Below, piece after piece: positions 1 through 9,127 of a DNA stretch of 64,000 nucleotides. Made by a program: the position numbers and the translations under genes. Position 1 is the first letter of the stretch, and each line of letters starts with the position of its first letter. Source of the stretch: Actinomycetes bacterium (lineage in GTDB: Bacteria > Actinomycetota > Actinomycetes > S36-B12); contig OZ257128.1 of NCBI GenBank assembly GCA_965278945.1, positions 600,075 through 664,074 of the forward strand, written 5' to 3'. Below the pieces are notes generated by a model. That model did no database searches. It was not told where the DNA came from and saw nothing but the letters and a program-made list of their open reading frames with translations.

Positions 1-702
1 GCGCACGCGAACATTGGCTGCGATCGCCGCGGTTACGGGCATGCCGATGATGACGAGGAAGGCCAGCCCACCGCGCATGGGGATCATCAGCAGGCCGGCA
101 CCGATGATCGCGGCCGCGCCGGATAGGTAATGCTGCTTGTAGATGCGCACTGTGCCCCACAGGCCGATGCTGAGCAGGAGCCCGACGATTGCCTCACGCA
201 GCAGCAGTCCGCCCCACAGCACGCCGACGGGCCACAGTGCTACAAGCCAGGCGGCAGGCTTGATGGCCGGGTACCAGCCCATCTGGTAGCAGGTGGCCGC
301 CACGACGAGAACCGTCAGTCCGCCCGCGAGCGCGTTGACGAGGTAGCCGACCTCGGGCGCATGGCCGATGAGCGTGTAGATGACGGCCAGGATGGTCGGG
401 AAGCCGTCCTTGCCCAGCCATGATCCGGGGTCTGGGCCCATCTGCTGCCAGAAGCGAGCGAGTTCTTGTCCGTAGTTGTCGTAGTACGCCGCGTCGCTTG
501 CGTACCCGGACATCTGGACGTCGACTCCGCGAATTGCACGCGCGGCGAACGCGATGCAGGCGATCAGGACCACGCCGTGAATCCGGCCGAGGAACATGAG
601 AATCGCGAAGGAGAAGCAGATCAGGAGGAGTACGGCCAACAGTGCTGCCGAGGGATCCCGTTCCACTGCCCACCTACCTCTCGAAGGCCGATGATAGGTC
701 AT
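1..702 (-). CDS. Polytopic membrane protein of glycan locus (Wzy-like polymerase or GT-C-type transferase), runs off the window start
   Basis: Open minus-strand frame from ATG 702 (or GTG 666) to position 1, absent from the ORF track; many hydrophobic segments and a DAAYYD loop; sits next to sugar genes. Confidence 0.45.
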   Translation of the reverse strand, partial: MTYHRPSRGRWAVERDPSAALLAVLLLICFSFAILMFLGRIHGVVLIACIAFAARAIRGVDVQMSGYASDAAYYDNYGQELARFWQQMGPDPGSWLGKDGFPTILAVIYTLIGHAPEVGYLVNALAGGLTVLVVAATCYQMGWYPAIKPAAWLVALWPVGVLWGGLLLREAIVGLLLSIGLWGTVRIYKQHYLSGAAAIIGAGLLMIPMRGGLAFLVIIGMPVTAAIAANVRVR

Positions 703-738
703 CGAACACGGGCTGCGCGGAAGGCTAAAGTCAGCCGG

Positions 739-2013
739 GTGGTGCGACTTCGCAAGCCGGTAGCGGTCGTTGGCATCGGCTACGTCGGTCTGCCCCTCGC
801 TGCGGCCTTCGGCAGCGTTCGTCCGACCATCGGCTTCGACATCGACCGGGTCCGGATCGACGAACTCACGTCCGGGCTCGATCGGACTCTCGAGGTCGAC
901 GCGACGGAGTTGGCCAGGGCAACCCAGCTGACCTTCTCCAGCGACGTCGGCGACATCGCTGCAGCGGGCACGTACATCGTCACCGTCCCGACGCCCATCG
1001 ACGACGCGAAGGAGCCGGACCTCGGTCCGCTGCTCGCCGCCACTGAACTGATCGGCGGCCTGCTGTCGCCCGGTGATCTGGTCGTGTACGAGTCGACGGT
1101 GTACCCGGGGGCCACCGAGGAGGTCTGCGTGCCGATCCTCGAAGCGCGGTCAGGGCTGGTGCTGAATGTCGACTTCTTCGTGGGCTACAGCCCCGAGCGA
1201 ATCAACCCGGGCGATCGCGGCCATCGGCTCGCCGACATCGTCAAGGTGACATCCGGGTCTACTCCGCAGGTCGCGCAGGAGGTTGACGACCTGTATCGAG
1301 AGATCATCACCGCGGGCACTCACCGCGCAACGTCGATCCGGGTCGCGGAGGCGGCGAAGGTCATCGAGAACACTCAGCGCGATGTCAACATCGCCTTGGT
1401 CAACGAACTGGCGGTCCTGTTCAGCAAGCTCGACATCGACACTGCGGATGTGCTCGCCGCCGCGGGAACGAAGTGGAACTTCCTGCGGTTCGCGCCCGGA
1501 CTGGTTGGCGGGCACTGCATAGGCGTCGATCCGTACTACCTCACCCACAAGGCGCAGGCCGTCGGGCATGAGGCTGAGGTGATCCTCGCCGGGCGCCGCA
1601 TCAACGATGCGATGGGTGCGCACGTGGCCGAACGCGTGGTGCTTGCGCTTTCGCGACTCGGCGTCGCCGCTACGGGAGCACGCTGCCTGGTGATGGGGCT
1701 GGCGTTCAAGGAGAACTGCCCTGACCTGCGTAACACGGGAGTGATCAGCGTCGTCCGCGCGCTCACGGACTACGGCGTGGCCGTCGAGGTCTGCGACCCG
1801 CACGTTTCTGCCGTCGAGGCGAAGTCGCTGTACGGGCTCGATCTCGTGTCCGTTGACGACGCGCTCGCCGGCACCTACGACGCTGCTGTATTCGCGGTGG
1901 CGCACGACGACTTCCTCGAGCTGGGCCCACGACTGCGCACTGCGGTCGGTGACGGCGTCATCTTCGACGTGAAGTCGGCCCTGCCCAGGGAGATCGTCAC
2001 GGGGCGGCTCTGA
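739..2013 (+). CDS. Nucleotide-sugar dehydrogenase (UDP-GlcNAc/GalNAc 6-dehydrogenase, WbpO/TviB type)
   Basis: GIGYVGLP Rossmann motif, ESTVYPG, SPERINPG, GGHCIGVDPYYL, GLAFKENCPD; start trimmed to GTG 739/742. Confidence 0.9.
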   Translation: MVRLRKPVAVVGIGYVGLPLAAAFGSVRPTIGFDIDRVRIDELTSGLDRTLEVDATELARATQLTFSSDVGDIAAAGTYIVTVPTPIDDAKEPDLGPLLAATELIGGLLSPGDLVVYESTVYPGATEEVCVPILEARSGLVLNVDFFVGYSPERINPGDRGHRLADIVKVTSGSTPQVAQEVDDLYREIITAGTHRATSIRVAEAAKVIENTQRDVNIALVNELAVLFSKLDIDTADVLAAAGTKWNFLRFAPGLVGGHCIGVDPYYLTHKAQAVGHEAEVILAGRRINDAMGAHVAERVVLALSRLGVAATGARCLVMGLAFKENCPDLRNTGVISVVRALTDYGVAVEVCDPHVSAVEAKSLYGLDLVSVDDALAGTYDAAVFAVAHDDFLELGPRLRTAVGDGVIFDVKSALPREIVTGRL

Positions 2014-2014
2014 C

Positions 2015-3163
2015 GTGGGCAGCCAGCGTCGTCTCGTCCTCGCGGTCACGAGCCCACTGACCGTGAACCTCCTGCTTTCGCCCCAGCTGGCTGGCCTGCG
2101 CGATGCCGGATGGCAGGTGCATGTGGTCTGCTCGCCGGGAGCGATCGCCGACGAGGTGAGCCGCGACGTTCGCGCGCTGCACCAGATTCCCATGAGCCGG
2201 GCCATCTCACCGATCCGCGACGTCATCAGCACCGGGAGCATGGTTCGCCTGCTTCGCACGATCCGCCCGCAGGTGGTGGTGGGTAGCACGCCCAAGGCCG
2301 GGATGATCAGCATGACTGCTGCGCGTCTGGCCGGGGTTCCCGTTCGCGTGTTCCAGATTCGCGGTGCGCGCTGGGACAGCGAAGACGGTTCGCGAGCGAG
2401 CCTCATGAAGCTTGGCGACCGCGCGGCGGCACGAGCGGCAACGGACACGCTCGCGGTATCGCCGTCCCTTGCTCGACTGCTCGTCGCCGAGCACATCACC
2501 CGAACGCCGCCCACCGTGCTCGGCCGCGGCGGCAGCAAGGGCGTCGACACGAATCGATTCCGTCCCGATCCCGAGCGTATCTACGATCCGAGCGCCCCCG
2601 TGCTGGGCTTTGCCGGACGGCTGAGCATCGACAAGGGCATCGGGCAACTGCTCGACGTTGTCGCCATCCTTCGCAGGTCGATCCCAGGCCTGCGAGTGCA
2701 GATCGCGGGAGACCTGGATGAGGCGCAGCCGATTCCCGCCGCGATCATGGCCCATCTGCACAACGATCCGGCCATCGACTGGATCGGTGCGGTGAGTCAG
2801 GCCGAGCTCGCCGACCGGATGCGCGACTGGGACCTCTTGGTGTTCCCGAGCCATCGCGAGGGCCTGCCCAACGTGGTCATCGAGGCGGCGGCGAGTGGGG
2901 TCCCGGCGGTCGCGTGGGACGTCACCGGAGTACGGGATGCGATCGATGACGGATCGACCGGATGTCTCGTCGCCTTCGGTGACGTGCCGGCCATGGCCGA
3001 AGCGGCCAGCGGGATGCTCTCGATCAATGAGCACGCGCGCATGAGCGCACAATCGGTCGAGTGGGCGCGGGCCAACTTCGATGCGCGGGTCCTGCAGGAT
3101 CTATTCGTGCAGTTCCTTGAAGATGCATGCAGCCGAGTTCAGCGAAGGGAGCGAGCCCTATGA
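2015..3163 (+). CDS. Glycosyltransferase family 4
   Basis: FAGRL..DKG and FPSHREGLPNVVIEAAASGVP motifs. Confidence 0.9.
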   Translation: MGSQRRLVLAVTSPLTVNLLLSPQLAGLRDAGWQVHVVCSPGAIADEVSRDVRALHQIPMSRAISPIRDVISTGSMVRLLRTIRPQVVVGSTPKAGMISMTAARLAGVPVRVFQIRGARWDSEDGSRASLMKLGDRAAARAATDTLAVSPSLARLLVAEHITRTPPTVLGRGGSKGVDTNRFRPDPERIYDPSAPVLGFAGRLSIDKGIGQLLDVVAILRRSIPGLRVQIAGDLDEAQPIPAAIMAHLHNDPAIDWIGAVSQAELADRMRDWDLLVFPSHREGLPNVVIEAAASGVPAVAWDVTGVRDAIDDGSTGCLVAFGDVPAMAEAASGMLSINEHARMSAQSVEWARANFDARVLQDLFVQFLEDACSRVQRRERAL

Positions 3164-3807
3164 GCGGCTTCTATCGCAAGCGTGGCAAGCGTGTTGTCGA
3201 CGTCGTCGGGGCGGGCGCGGCGATCGTGGTGCTGTCTCCCGTGCTTGCCGCCACTGCGATCGGCGTCCGGTGGAGATTAGGCAAGCCCGTGTTGTTCGTG
3301 CAGGAGCGGGGCGGGCTGGACGGATCGTCATTCCGTCTCATGAAGTTCCGCACGCTGAGGGACGCGCGCGATGCGAACGGAGTGCCTCTTCCGGACGCCG
3401 ACCGCCTCACGTCCTTCGGCAATCGGCTGCGGGCACTGAGCCTCGACGAGCTACCCGGCCTGTTCAACGTGGTGCGCGGCGACATGAGCCTTGTCGGCCC
3501 GCGACCGCTCGTCGCCATCTACCTGCCGCGTTACAACGCACGGCAGGCGCGGCGGCACGAGGTGCGGCCAGGGCTTACCGGCTGGACGCAGGTCAATGGT
3601 CGCAACTCCCTGGACTGGGAGGCCAAGTTCGATCTCGACGTCTGGTACGTCGATCACGTCTCCCTGGGACTCGATGTGCGCATCCTCGTGCGCACAGTCA
3701 CCGAGATCCTGCGGCCCAGGGGAATCGCGTCGGCCGACCACGCGACGATGGAGGAGTTCACCGGCGACGTCACGCCTTCGGACGGGCCGGAACTCCAAAC
3801 GCCGTAA
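3160..3807 (+). CDS. Phosphoglycosyl (initiating sugar) transferase, PglC/WcaJ catalytic type
   Basis: KFRTL, RLTSFG, SLDELP, GDMSLVGPRP, RPGLTGWTQVNGR motifs; ATG overlaps upstream stop (ATGA). Confidence 0.9.
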   Translation: MSGFYRKRGKRVVDVVGAGAAIVVLSPVLAATAIGVRWRLGKPVLFVQERGGLDGSSFRLMKFRTLRDARDANGVPLPDADRLTSFGNRLRALSLDELPGLFNVVRGDMSLVGPRPLVAIYLPRYNARQARRHEVRPGLTGWTQVNGRNSLDWEAKFDLDVWYVDHVSLGLDVRILVRTVTEILRPRGIASADHATMEEFTGDVTPSDGPELQTP

Positions 3808-4426
3808 CGCCAGGCTGGATGTCGCGGGTGACGATCGCTCCCGAGGCGATGATCGCGCCCGCGCCGATCGTGCGGCCGCGATCGACGATGGCCTGGGTGT
3901 GCAGCGTCGCGTCGTCGCCGATGGTCACGTCGCCCGCGAGGTTCACGCCCTGCGACAAGGTGACGTAGTCGCCGATCCGTGCATCGTGAGCGACGACGCA
4001 GCCGATGTTGATCTGGGCGGACACGCCGATCCGGACATTGGTGGTCAGCACGGAGTGAGCGCAGATTGTCGTGCCCGCCCCGATGGTCACGTCATCGCCG
4101 ATGAGTGCGGTCGGGTGCACGAGAGTCGTCGCTTCGAGGCCGAGTCCGCTCATCGTGACGTCCATCGTCCGCCGATAGAGCGGATTGCCGATGCCGACGA
4201 CGAAGCACCAGCTCGCCGCATCGGGATTGTCGCCCAGAGCCGCCGTCGGATCACCGAGGAATCGCGCACCGAGACGCTCGAGCAGTCCGGGCTCCGGTTC
4301 GTGCGGAGCGACGAAGCCACGAAACTCCCAGACACCTGGTGTGGCGCGCTGGATGTCTCGGAGGAGAACGAGGGTCTCGCGAGCCGAGCCGCCGGTGCCC
4401 ACGATCACGATGCCGCGGGCGCTCAC
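3770..4426 (-). CDS. Sugar O/N-acetyltransferase, NeuD/PglD family
   Basis: IVGTGGSARE N-terminus, hexapeptide repeats, GVPARP C-terminus; GTG 4426 overlaps upstream stop. Confidence 0.88.
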   Translation of the reverse strand: MSARGIVIVGTGGSARETLVLLRDIQRATPGVWEFRGFVAPHEPEPGLLERLGARFLGDPTAALGDNPDAASWCFVVGIGNPLYRRTMDVTMSGLGLEATTLVHPTALIGDDVTIGAGTTICAHSVLTTNVRIGVSAQINIGCVVAHDARIGDYVTLSQGVNLAGDVTIGDDATLHTQAIVDRGRTIGAGAIIASGAIVTRDIQPGVTAFGVPARPKA

Positions 4427-6024
4427 TCCGCCCTCGCCTGGCGGGCCACGCCCGTGTCCTCGCCAAAGCCAACCTGCGACTCGAGGGACTGCAGCAGCAT
4501 GCGCCCGTCGGGCTGCAGGTGATTGCTGTCGAGGAGTTCCTTGAACCACTCGACGTTGCTGTTCTCCGACCGCTGGTAGTCAGCGATCTCGCCGCTGCGG
4601 ATCGCTTCGAGGATCTGGTCGATGCCCGTCTCGATGGTCCACGTGGTTCGGTAGCCCAGTTCCTTGCCGATGCGATCGAAGTTGACGCGGTAGTTGCGCG
4701 CGTCCTCGATGGAGTCGGTCTCCTCGATCCGGGCGCCTGGCACCTTGCTCGCAATCGCGCGGCCCAGATCGCCGAGAGTCATGTTCTGCTCGTTGCCGCC
4801 CACGTTGAAGATCCGGTTCTCGACGACCGCGGTGGTCGTCGTTGCCGCGAGGGCGAACGCAGCAGCAGCGTCGCCGACGTGGAGGAAGGGCCGCCACTGG
4901 CTGGGACCGAAGATCGGGATCACTCCCTCGACCGCAGCCTTGGCCGTCAGCAGGTTGACCACCAGGTCGAAGCGGGTCCGGCCGGACAGCCCGTACACCG
5001 TTCCCAGCCGCAGGATCGTCGGGCGCAGGTGCTCGTCGGCGAGCTGCTCCAGCACGATCTCGGACGCGACCTTGGACTTGGCATACAAGGAGACCGGGTT
5101 CAGCTGCGACCGCTCGTCGAGTACCTCGTCGTTGGCTCCGTAGACCGAGCAGGAACTGGCGAAGATGAAGCGACGGACCTGCTGCGCGCGCGCGATCTCG
5201 GCGACCGCGCGGTTGGCGGCAAGGTTCAGCTCGATCGTCAGGCCCTCGTCGAGTGCGCACGCCGGATCGCCGACGATGCCGCCGAGGTGGATCACGGTGT
5301 CGGCGTGCCGCATCGCGATCACCAGCTGATCGGTGCGGCGGAAGTCGGCGTCTTGAATCGTGAGTCGCGGATCGTCCGCGAAGGGGGCGATCGGCTCACG
5401 ACCGAAGATGAAGCGGTCGAGGAGCCGAACGTGCAGGCCTTGACCGAGCAGCTGTGGAACCAGGGCGGATCCGATGTATCCGGCGCCACCGATGACGAGG
5501 ACCTCTTGGCGTTCGGCCACCGCCACCCGGGCGACCAGCTGGCTCTCCGGATCGGCCGCGGTGACGAGGGACCGCGCCATGCGCTTCCAGACGAATCCGT
5601 ACAGCCGCAGCCCGAGGAGCAGGGCGGTCGCCATCACGCCCGTGATCGCGATCGCAATGGCCGAAGGGAACAGGATGTATGCGCGGAAGGTATAGGCGAT
5701 CGCCGCGTACGTCAGGAAGGTCAGGAGGCAGGCCTGGACGACGGCCTGGGCCTTGTGCAGGCCGCGATACGTGCGCTGCCTGGAATAGAACCCGCCAATG
5801 CTGAAGTAGATGAGAGCGACGACGATCAGTAGCGGCAGCGCGCCGAGGTAGTTGGCCTCGTACTCGCCGAGAGTCGGTGCCACCGGTTCGCGCTCGCGAC
5901 GGAAGAAGTAGTCGATCGCGATACCGACCACGAACGACAGGCTGATCACCAGGACGTCCGCCACGACCCGCAGCAGTCGGGCTGGGTAGGGCCGCGGTTG
6001 CGGAGTTGGTGCCGTGACCATCAT
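4423..6024 (-). CDS. NAD-dependent epimerase/dehydratase with N-terminal membrane domain
   Basis: About 4 TM segments followed by GGAGYIG, FASSCSVYG and YAKSK (extended SDR). Confidence 0.8.
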   Translation of the reverse strand: MMVTAPTPQPRPYPARLLRVVADVLVISLSFVVGIAIDYFFRREREPVAPTLGEYEANYLGALPLLIVVALIYFSIGGFYSRQRTYRGLHKAQAVVQACLLTFLTYAAIAYTFRAYILFPSAIAIAITGVMATALLLGLRLYGFVWKRMARSLVTAADPESQLVARVAVAERQEVLVIGGAGYIGSALVPQLLGQGLHVRLLDRFIFGREPIAPFADDPRLTIQDADFRRTDQLVIAMRHADTVIHLGGIVGDPACALDEGLTIELNLAANRAVAEIARAQQVRRFIFASSCSVYGANDEVLDERSQLNPVSLYAKSKVASEIVLEQLADEHLRPTILRLGTVYGLSGRTRFDLVVNLLTAKAAVEGVIPIFGPSQWRPFLHVGDAAAAFALAATTTTAVVENRIFNVGGNEQNMTLGDLGRAIASKVPGARIEETDSIEDARNYRVNFDRIGKELGYRTTWTIETGIDQILEAIRSGEIADYQRSENSNVEWFKELLDSNHLQPDGRMLLQSLESQVGFGEDTGVARQARAE

Positions 6025-7220
6025 CGGTACTCCGTCGTCGTGGCGTCGGCGAGGACGGTGCGCAGCGCAGTCGCGACGCCGTCCAGGGATTCAGCAGTCA
6101 GCCCGGGGTGCACGAGGAATGCCATCGCGGTAGCGCTCAGCGTGTGGGCATTCGGCAGGGCAGCGGCCGGCACCGAGTCGGTGCCGATGAAAGCGACCTC
6201 GCGGTAGATCTCCGAGCACGATCCGCTCAGCACGGGGATCGGCTGGAGCGCCGACGCTCTCTCCAGCACGCGATCGCGGGTCCATCCAGCGCCGAGGGCA
6301 TCGAGATCCAGATACGCGTAGAGGCGGTAGTAGGCATGGGTCAACGTCGGGTCGGGCACTGCGATGCGCACGCAGTCGATATCGGACAGTTTGCTCGACA
6401 GCAGCGCCGCATTCGCCGTTCGCTCCGCGCGCCACGCATCAAGTCGGCCGTACTGGATGCGTCCGAGCGCCGCCTCGATCTCGGTGCCGCGGAAGTTCGA
6501 TCCGAAGCTCTCGTGCAGCCACCGGAAGCCGGGCGGGTGGTCGCGCTGGTAGACGGCGTCCCACGACTTGCCGTGATCCTTGAGCGACCAGATTCGCTTC
6601 CCGAGTGCGTCATCGTTCGTGGCGACCATTCCGCCTTCGCCGCCGGTGGTGATGATCTTGTCCTGGCAGAACGACCATACGGACACGTCCGCGAACGCGC
6701 CCACGTGTCGGTCGCCGACCATCGCACCGTGCGCCTGCGAGCAGTCCTCGATGAGAATCAGGCCCCGCTCGTCGCATAGCCGGCGAATCTCGTGCATGTC
6801 GGCCGGCCACCCGCCCAGGTGGACGACGAGGACGGCGCGTGTCTCCGGCGTCAGTGCGTCCTTGATGGACGCGGCGGAGATGTTGCCCGAATCGAGTTCC
6901 ACGTCGGCGAATACGGGGCGCAGGCCGTTTCGGACGATCGCGGACGACGACGCGATGAATGTCCGTGGGGTGGTGACCATCTGTGCGCCGACGGGCAGGT
7001 CGAGGGCCTCGATTGCCGCCTCGAGTCCTACGGTCCCGTTCGCCACGAACACGGCGTGTGCGATGCCAGTGATCTCGGCGAACTCGCGTTCGAAGGCCCG
7101 GCCTTGGTCACCGGTCCAGTAGTTGACGCGTCCGCTGCGGAGCACCTCTGCGGCTGCATCGATCTGCTCCTGGTCGAACACTGGCCATGGCGCGTAGCCA
7201 CCGGCCGCGGAGTTAGTCAC
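6021..7220 (-). CDS. DegT/DnrJ/EryC1/StrS sugar aminotransferase
   Basis: LRSGRVNYWTG, EDCSQAHGA, SFCQDKIITTGGEGGM (PLP lysine); GGAGG upstream of GTG 7220. Confidence 0.92.
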   Translation of the reverse strand: MTNSAAGGYAPWPVFDQEQIDAAAEVLRSGRVNYWTGDQGRAFEREFAEITGIAHAVFVANGTVGLEAAIEALDLPVGAQMVTTPRTFIASSSAIVRNGLRPVFADVELDSGNISAASIKDALTPETRAVLVVHLGGWPADMHEIRRLCDERGLILIEDCSQAHGAMVGDRHVGAFADVSVWSFCQDKIITTGGEGGMVATNDDALGKRIWSLKDHGKSWDAVYQRDHPPGFRWLHESFGSNFRGTEIEAALGRIQYGRLDAWRAERTANAALLSSKLSDIDCVRIAVPDPTLTHAYYRLYAYLDLDALGAGWTRDRVLERASALQPIPVLSGSCSEIYREVAFIGTDSVPAAALPNAHTLSATAMAFLVHPGLTAESLDGVATALRTVLADATTTEYR

Positions 7221-7329
7221 GCCACCTCCACATAAGTGCACGTTGCCGTGCAGCGTCAGAGTAGTCCATGAGCACAGGCCCGCGAGTTCACGAAGATCCC
7301 GCGACACGGTGGTCTGTCAGACTGTCGGC

Positions 7330-9072
7330 GTGGCAATCCCGCGTCGCAGGCGACGTCTGCTCTTGGTGATTGGCGCGGTGATTCTCGGCGTCTTCGCCTT
7401 GGCGATCCTGCTCGGAGCGTCCTGGCTCAATACCTACCGACAGGCGCAGTCACTCCAGTCCAGCGTCACCGAGATGCGCGCGGCGCTCAGCGCGCAGGAC
7501 TGGCGCTCGGCCGCGGCGCAGCTGCCGACGGCGACCGAATCGGCTCGGGCTCTCGAGTCGAGCACTCACGGACTGCCGTGGCGGGTGCTGCAGAGCCTGC
7601 CTGTCATTGGTGACAACGCGTCGGCCGTCGCTGATGTCTCGACGTCCGCGCTCGCGCTCCTGGACGCGGCCGGGCCGCTCGCCCCGTACGCGGAGCGCAT
7701 CTCCCAGATCCGCCGCGAGGACGGCTCGATCGACCTCGACGCGATCGGTGCGGTCGCTCCGCTGCTTTCCACCCTCGCCGAGGTCATGAAGGTCGAGGAC
7801 TTCAGGCTCGGGCAGATTGACGCCAGTGGCCTGCGCCCCGAGATCGCAGGGCCGCTCGTGGACCTTCGCGACCAACTGCACGCGGTCAAGGCCGCCGCCG
7901 CGACCGCGGCCGAGCTCGCCGAGCGTGCGCCGGCACTGCTCGGCAGCGGAGGCGAGCGCACGTGGCTGGTACTCCTGCAGAATCCCGCCGAGGCCCGCGG
8001 CACGGGCGGATTCCCCGGTGGCTACGTCACGCTCGGCGCGGAAGACGGCAACGTGACGATCGGCTCGGCGGGCAAGAGCAACGACCTGCAGCGGATCCCG
8101 ATTCCGACCGACGGTGCCCCCGAGGACGCGCGTCTGCTCTGGGGCACGTATCTCGAGTCGTGGAACACCTTCAACCTGTCGGCCGACTTCCCGATGGTCG
8201 CCGGGCTGGCGAAGGCGGGCATGGATGTTCGCGGCGAGCCGGTCGATGGCGTTATCGCGGTGGACCCGCGTGCTGTGGCAGCGATGCTCGCCGTCACGGG
8301 CCCGGTCACCGTCGACGACCAGACGGTGACGGCCGAGAACGCCGAGCGCTTCTTCACCGTCGACGTCTATGACGTGCTCCCGGACTCCAACATCCGCGAC
8401 CCGTTCGTCCTCAAGCTGGTCGGCGAGATCCTCCAGCGGTTCCTCACCACGCCGTGGAACCCCAGCGTCCTTGCCGACGCGCTGAGCGGTCCCGTGTTGG
8501 ACGGTCGGATTCGCGTGTGGAGCGCGGACCCCGCCGAGGAGGCCTGGCTGGCCAGCACTGCGGTCGGCGGCGGCGTTCCCAACACTCCCGGATCCGTCGT
8601 GGCCGTCGCCTTCGACAACGCGGCCGGAAACAAGATGGATGCTTTCGTCGCCACCGGGGTCGACTATCGCCCCGGGCGCTGCCCGACCACATCGGTCCAG
8701 GAGTCGACACTGTCGGTCTCCTTGCGCAATGACGCACCGCTCGACCTGCCCGTCGAGAGCGGGAACTACGGTCGCGCGGATGACCCCGCGGGTCCGGCCG
8801 GGTCCACGAAGATGCTGGTCTACGTCTACGCACCCGTCGGGTCGACATTCGGAACCGCGGCGATGGACGGGGTCCCATTCGAGCTGTACTCCGGGACCGA
8901 GCGCAATCGCCCGGTGTGGTGGAACTACGTCACGCTTGAGCGCGGGCAGAGCAGGGTGCTCGACATCAGTTTCGCCGAGCCGACGGTGCTCGATGTCGAG
9001 CCGGCCGTCATCGCGCAGCCGATGGTGATCGACGAGACGGTCACCATCGAGCCGAATATCGCATGCAAATAG
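7330..9072 (+). CDS. DUF4012-domain membrane-anchored protein
   Basis: N-terminal TM, LVLLQNPAEARGTGG, N.SADFP, DGVIAVDP, NKMD; typical of actinobacterial polysaccharide loci. Confidence 0.8.
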   Translation: MAIPRRRRRLLLVIGAVILGVFALAILLGASWLNTYRQAQSLQSSVTEMRAALSAQDWRSAAAQLPTATESARALESSTHGLPWRVLQSLPVIGDNASAVADVSTSALALLDAAGPLAPYAERISQIRREDGSIDLDAIGAVAPLLSTLAEVMKVEDFRLGQIDASGLRPEIAGPLVDLRDQLHAVKAAAATAAELAERAPALLGSGGERTWLVLLQNPAEARGTGGFPGGYVTLGAEDGNVTIGSAGKSNDLQRIPIPTDGAPEDARLLWGTYLESWNTFNLSADFPMVAGLAKAGMDVRGEPVDGVIAVDPRAVAAMLAVTGPVTVDDQTVTAENAERFFTVDVYDVLPDSNIRDPFVLKLVGEILQRFLTTPWNPSVLADALSGPVLDGRIRVWSADPAEEAWLASTAVGGGVPNTPGSVVAVAFDNAAGNKMDAFVATGVDYRPGRCPTTSVQESTLSVSLRNDAPLDLPVESGNYGRADDPAGPAGSTKMLVYVYAPVGSTFGTAAMDGVPFELYSGTERNRPVWWNYVTLERGQSRVLDISFAEPTVLDVEPAVIAQPMVIDETVTIEPNIACK

Positions 9073-9127
9073 CCATGGACAGTGGCTCGCTCGGGGAGCC
9101 GGCCGGATGTTGTCGGCTAGCATCGGG

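Noticed and set aside
466-738. Long N-terminal extension of the dehydrogenase ORF (also track extensions of valS, pilM, the aminotransferase and the PilX-like gene)
   Set aside because: Extensions overlap neighbouring genes or hairpins; homology motifs and RBS support the shorter starts
7450-9123. 557-aa minus-strand ORF
   Set aside because: Shadow of the DUF4012 gene
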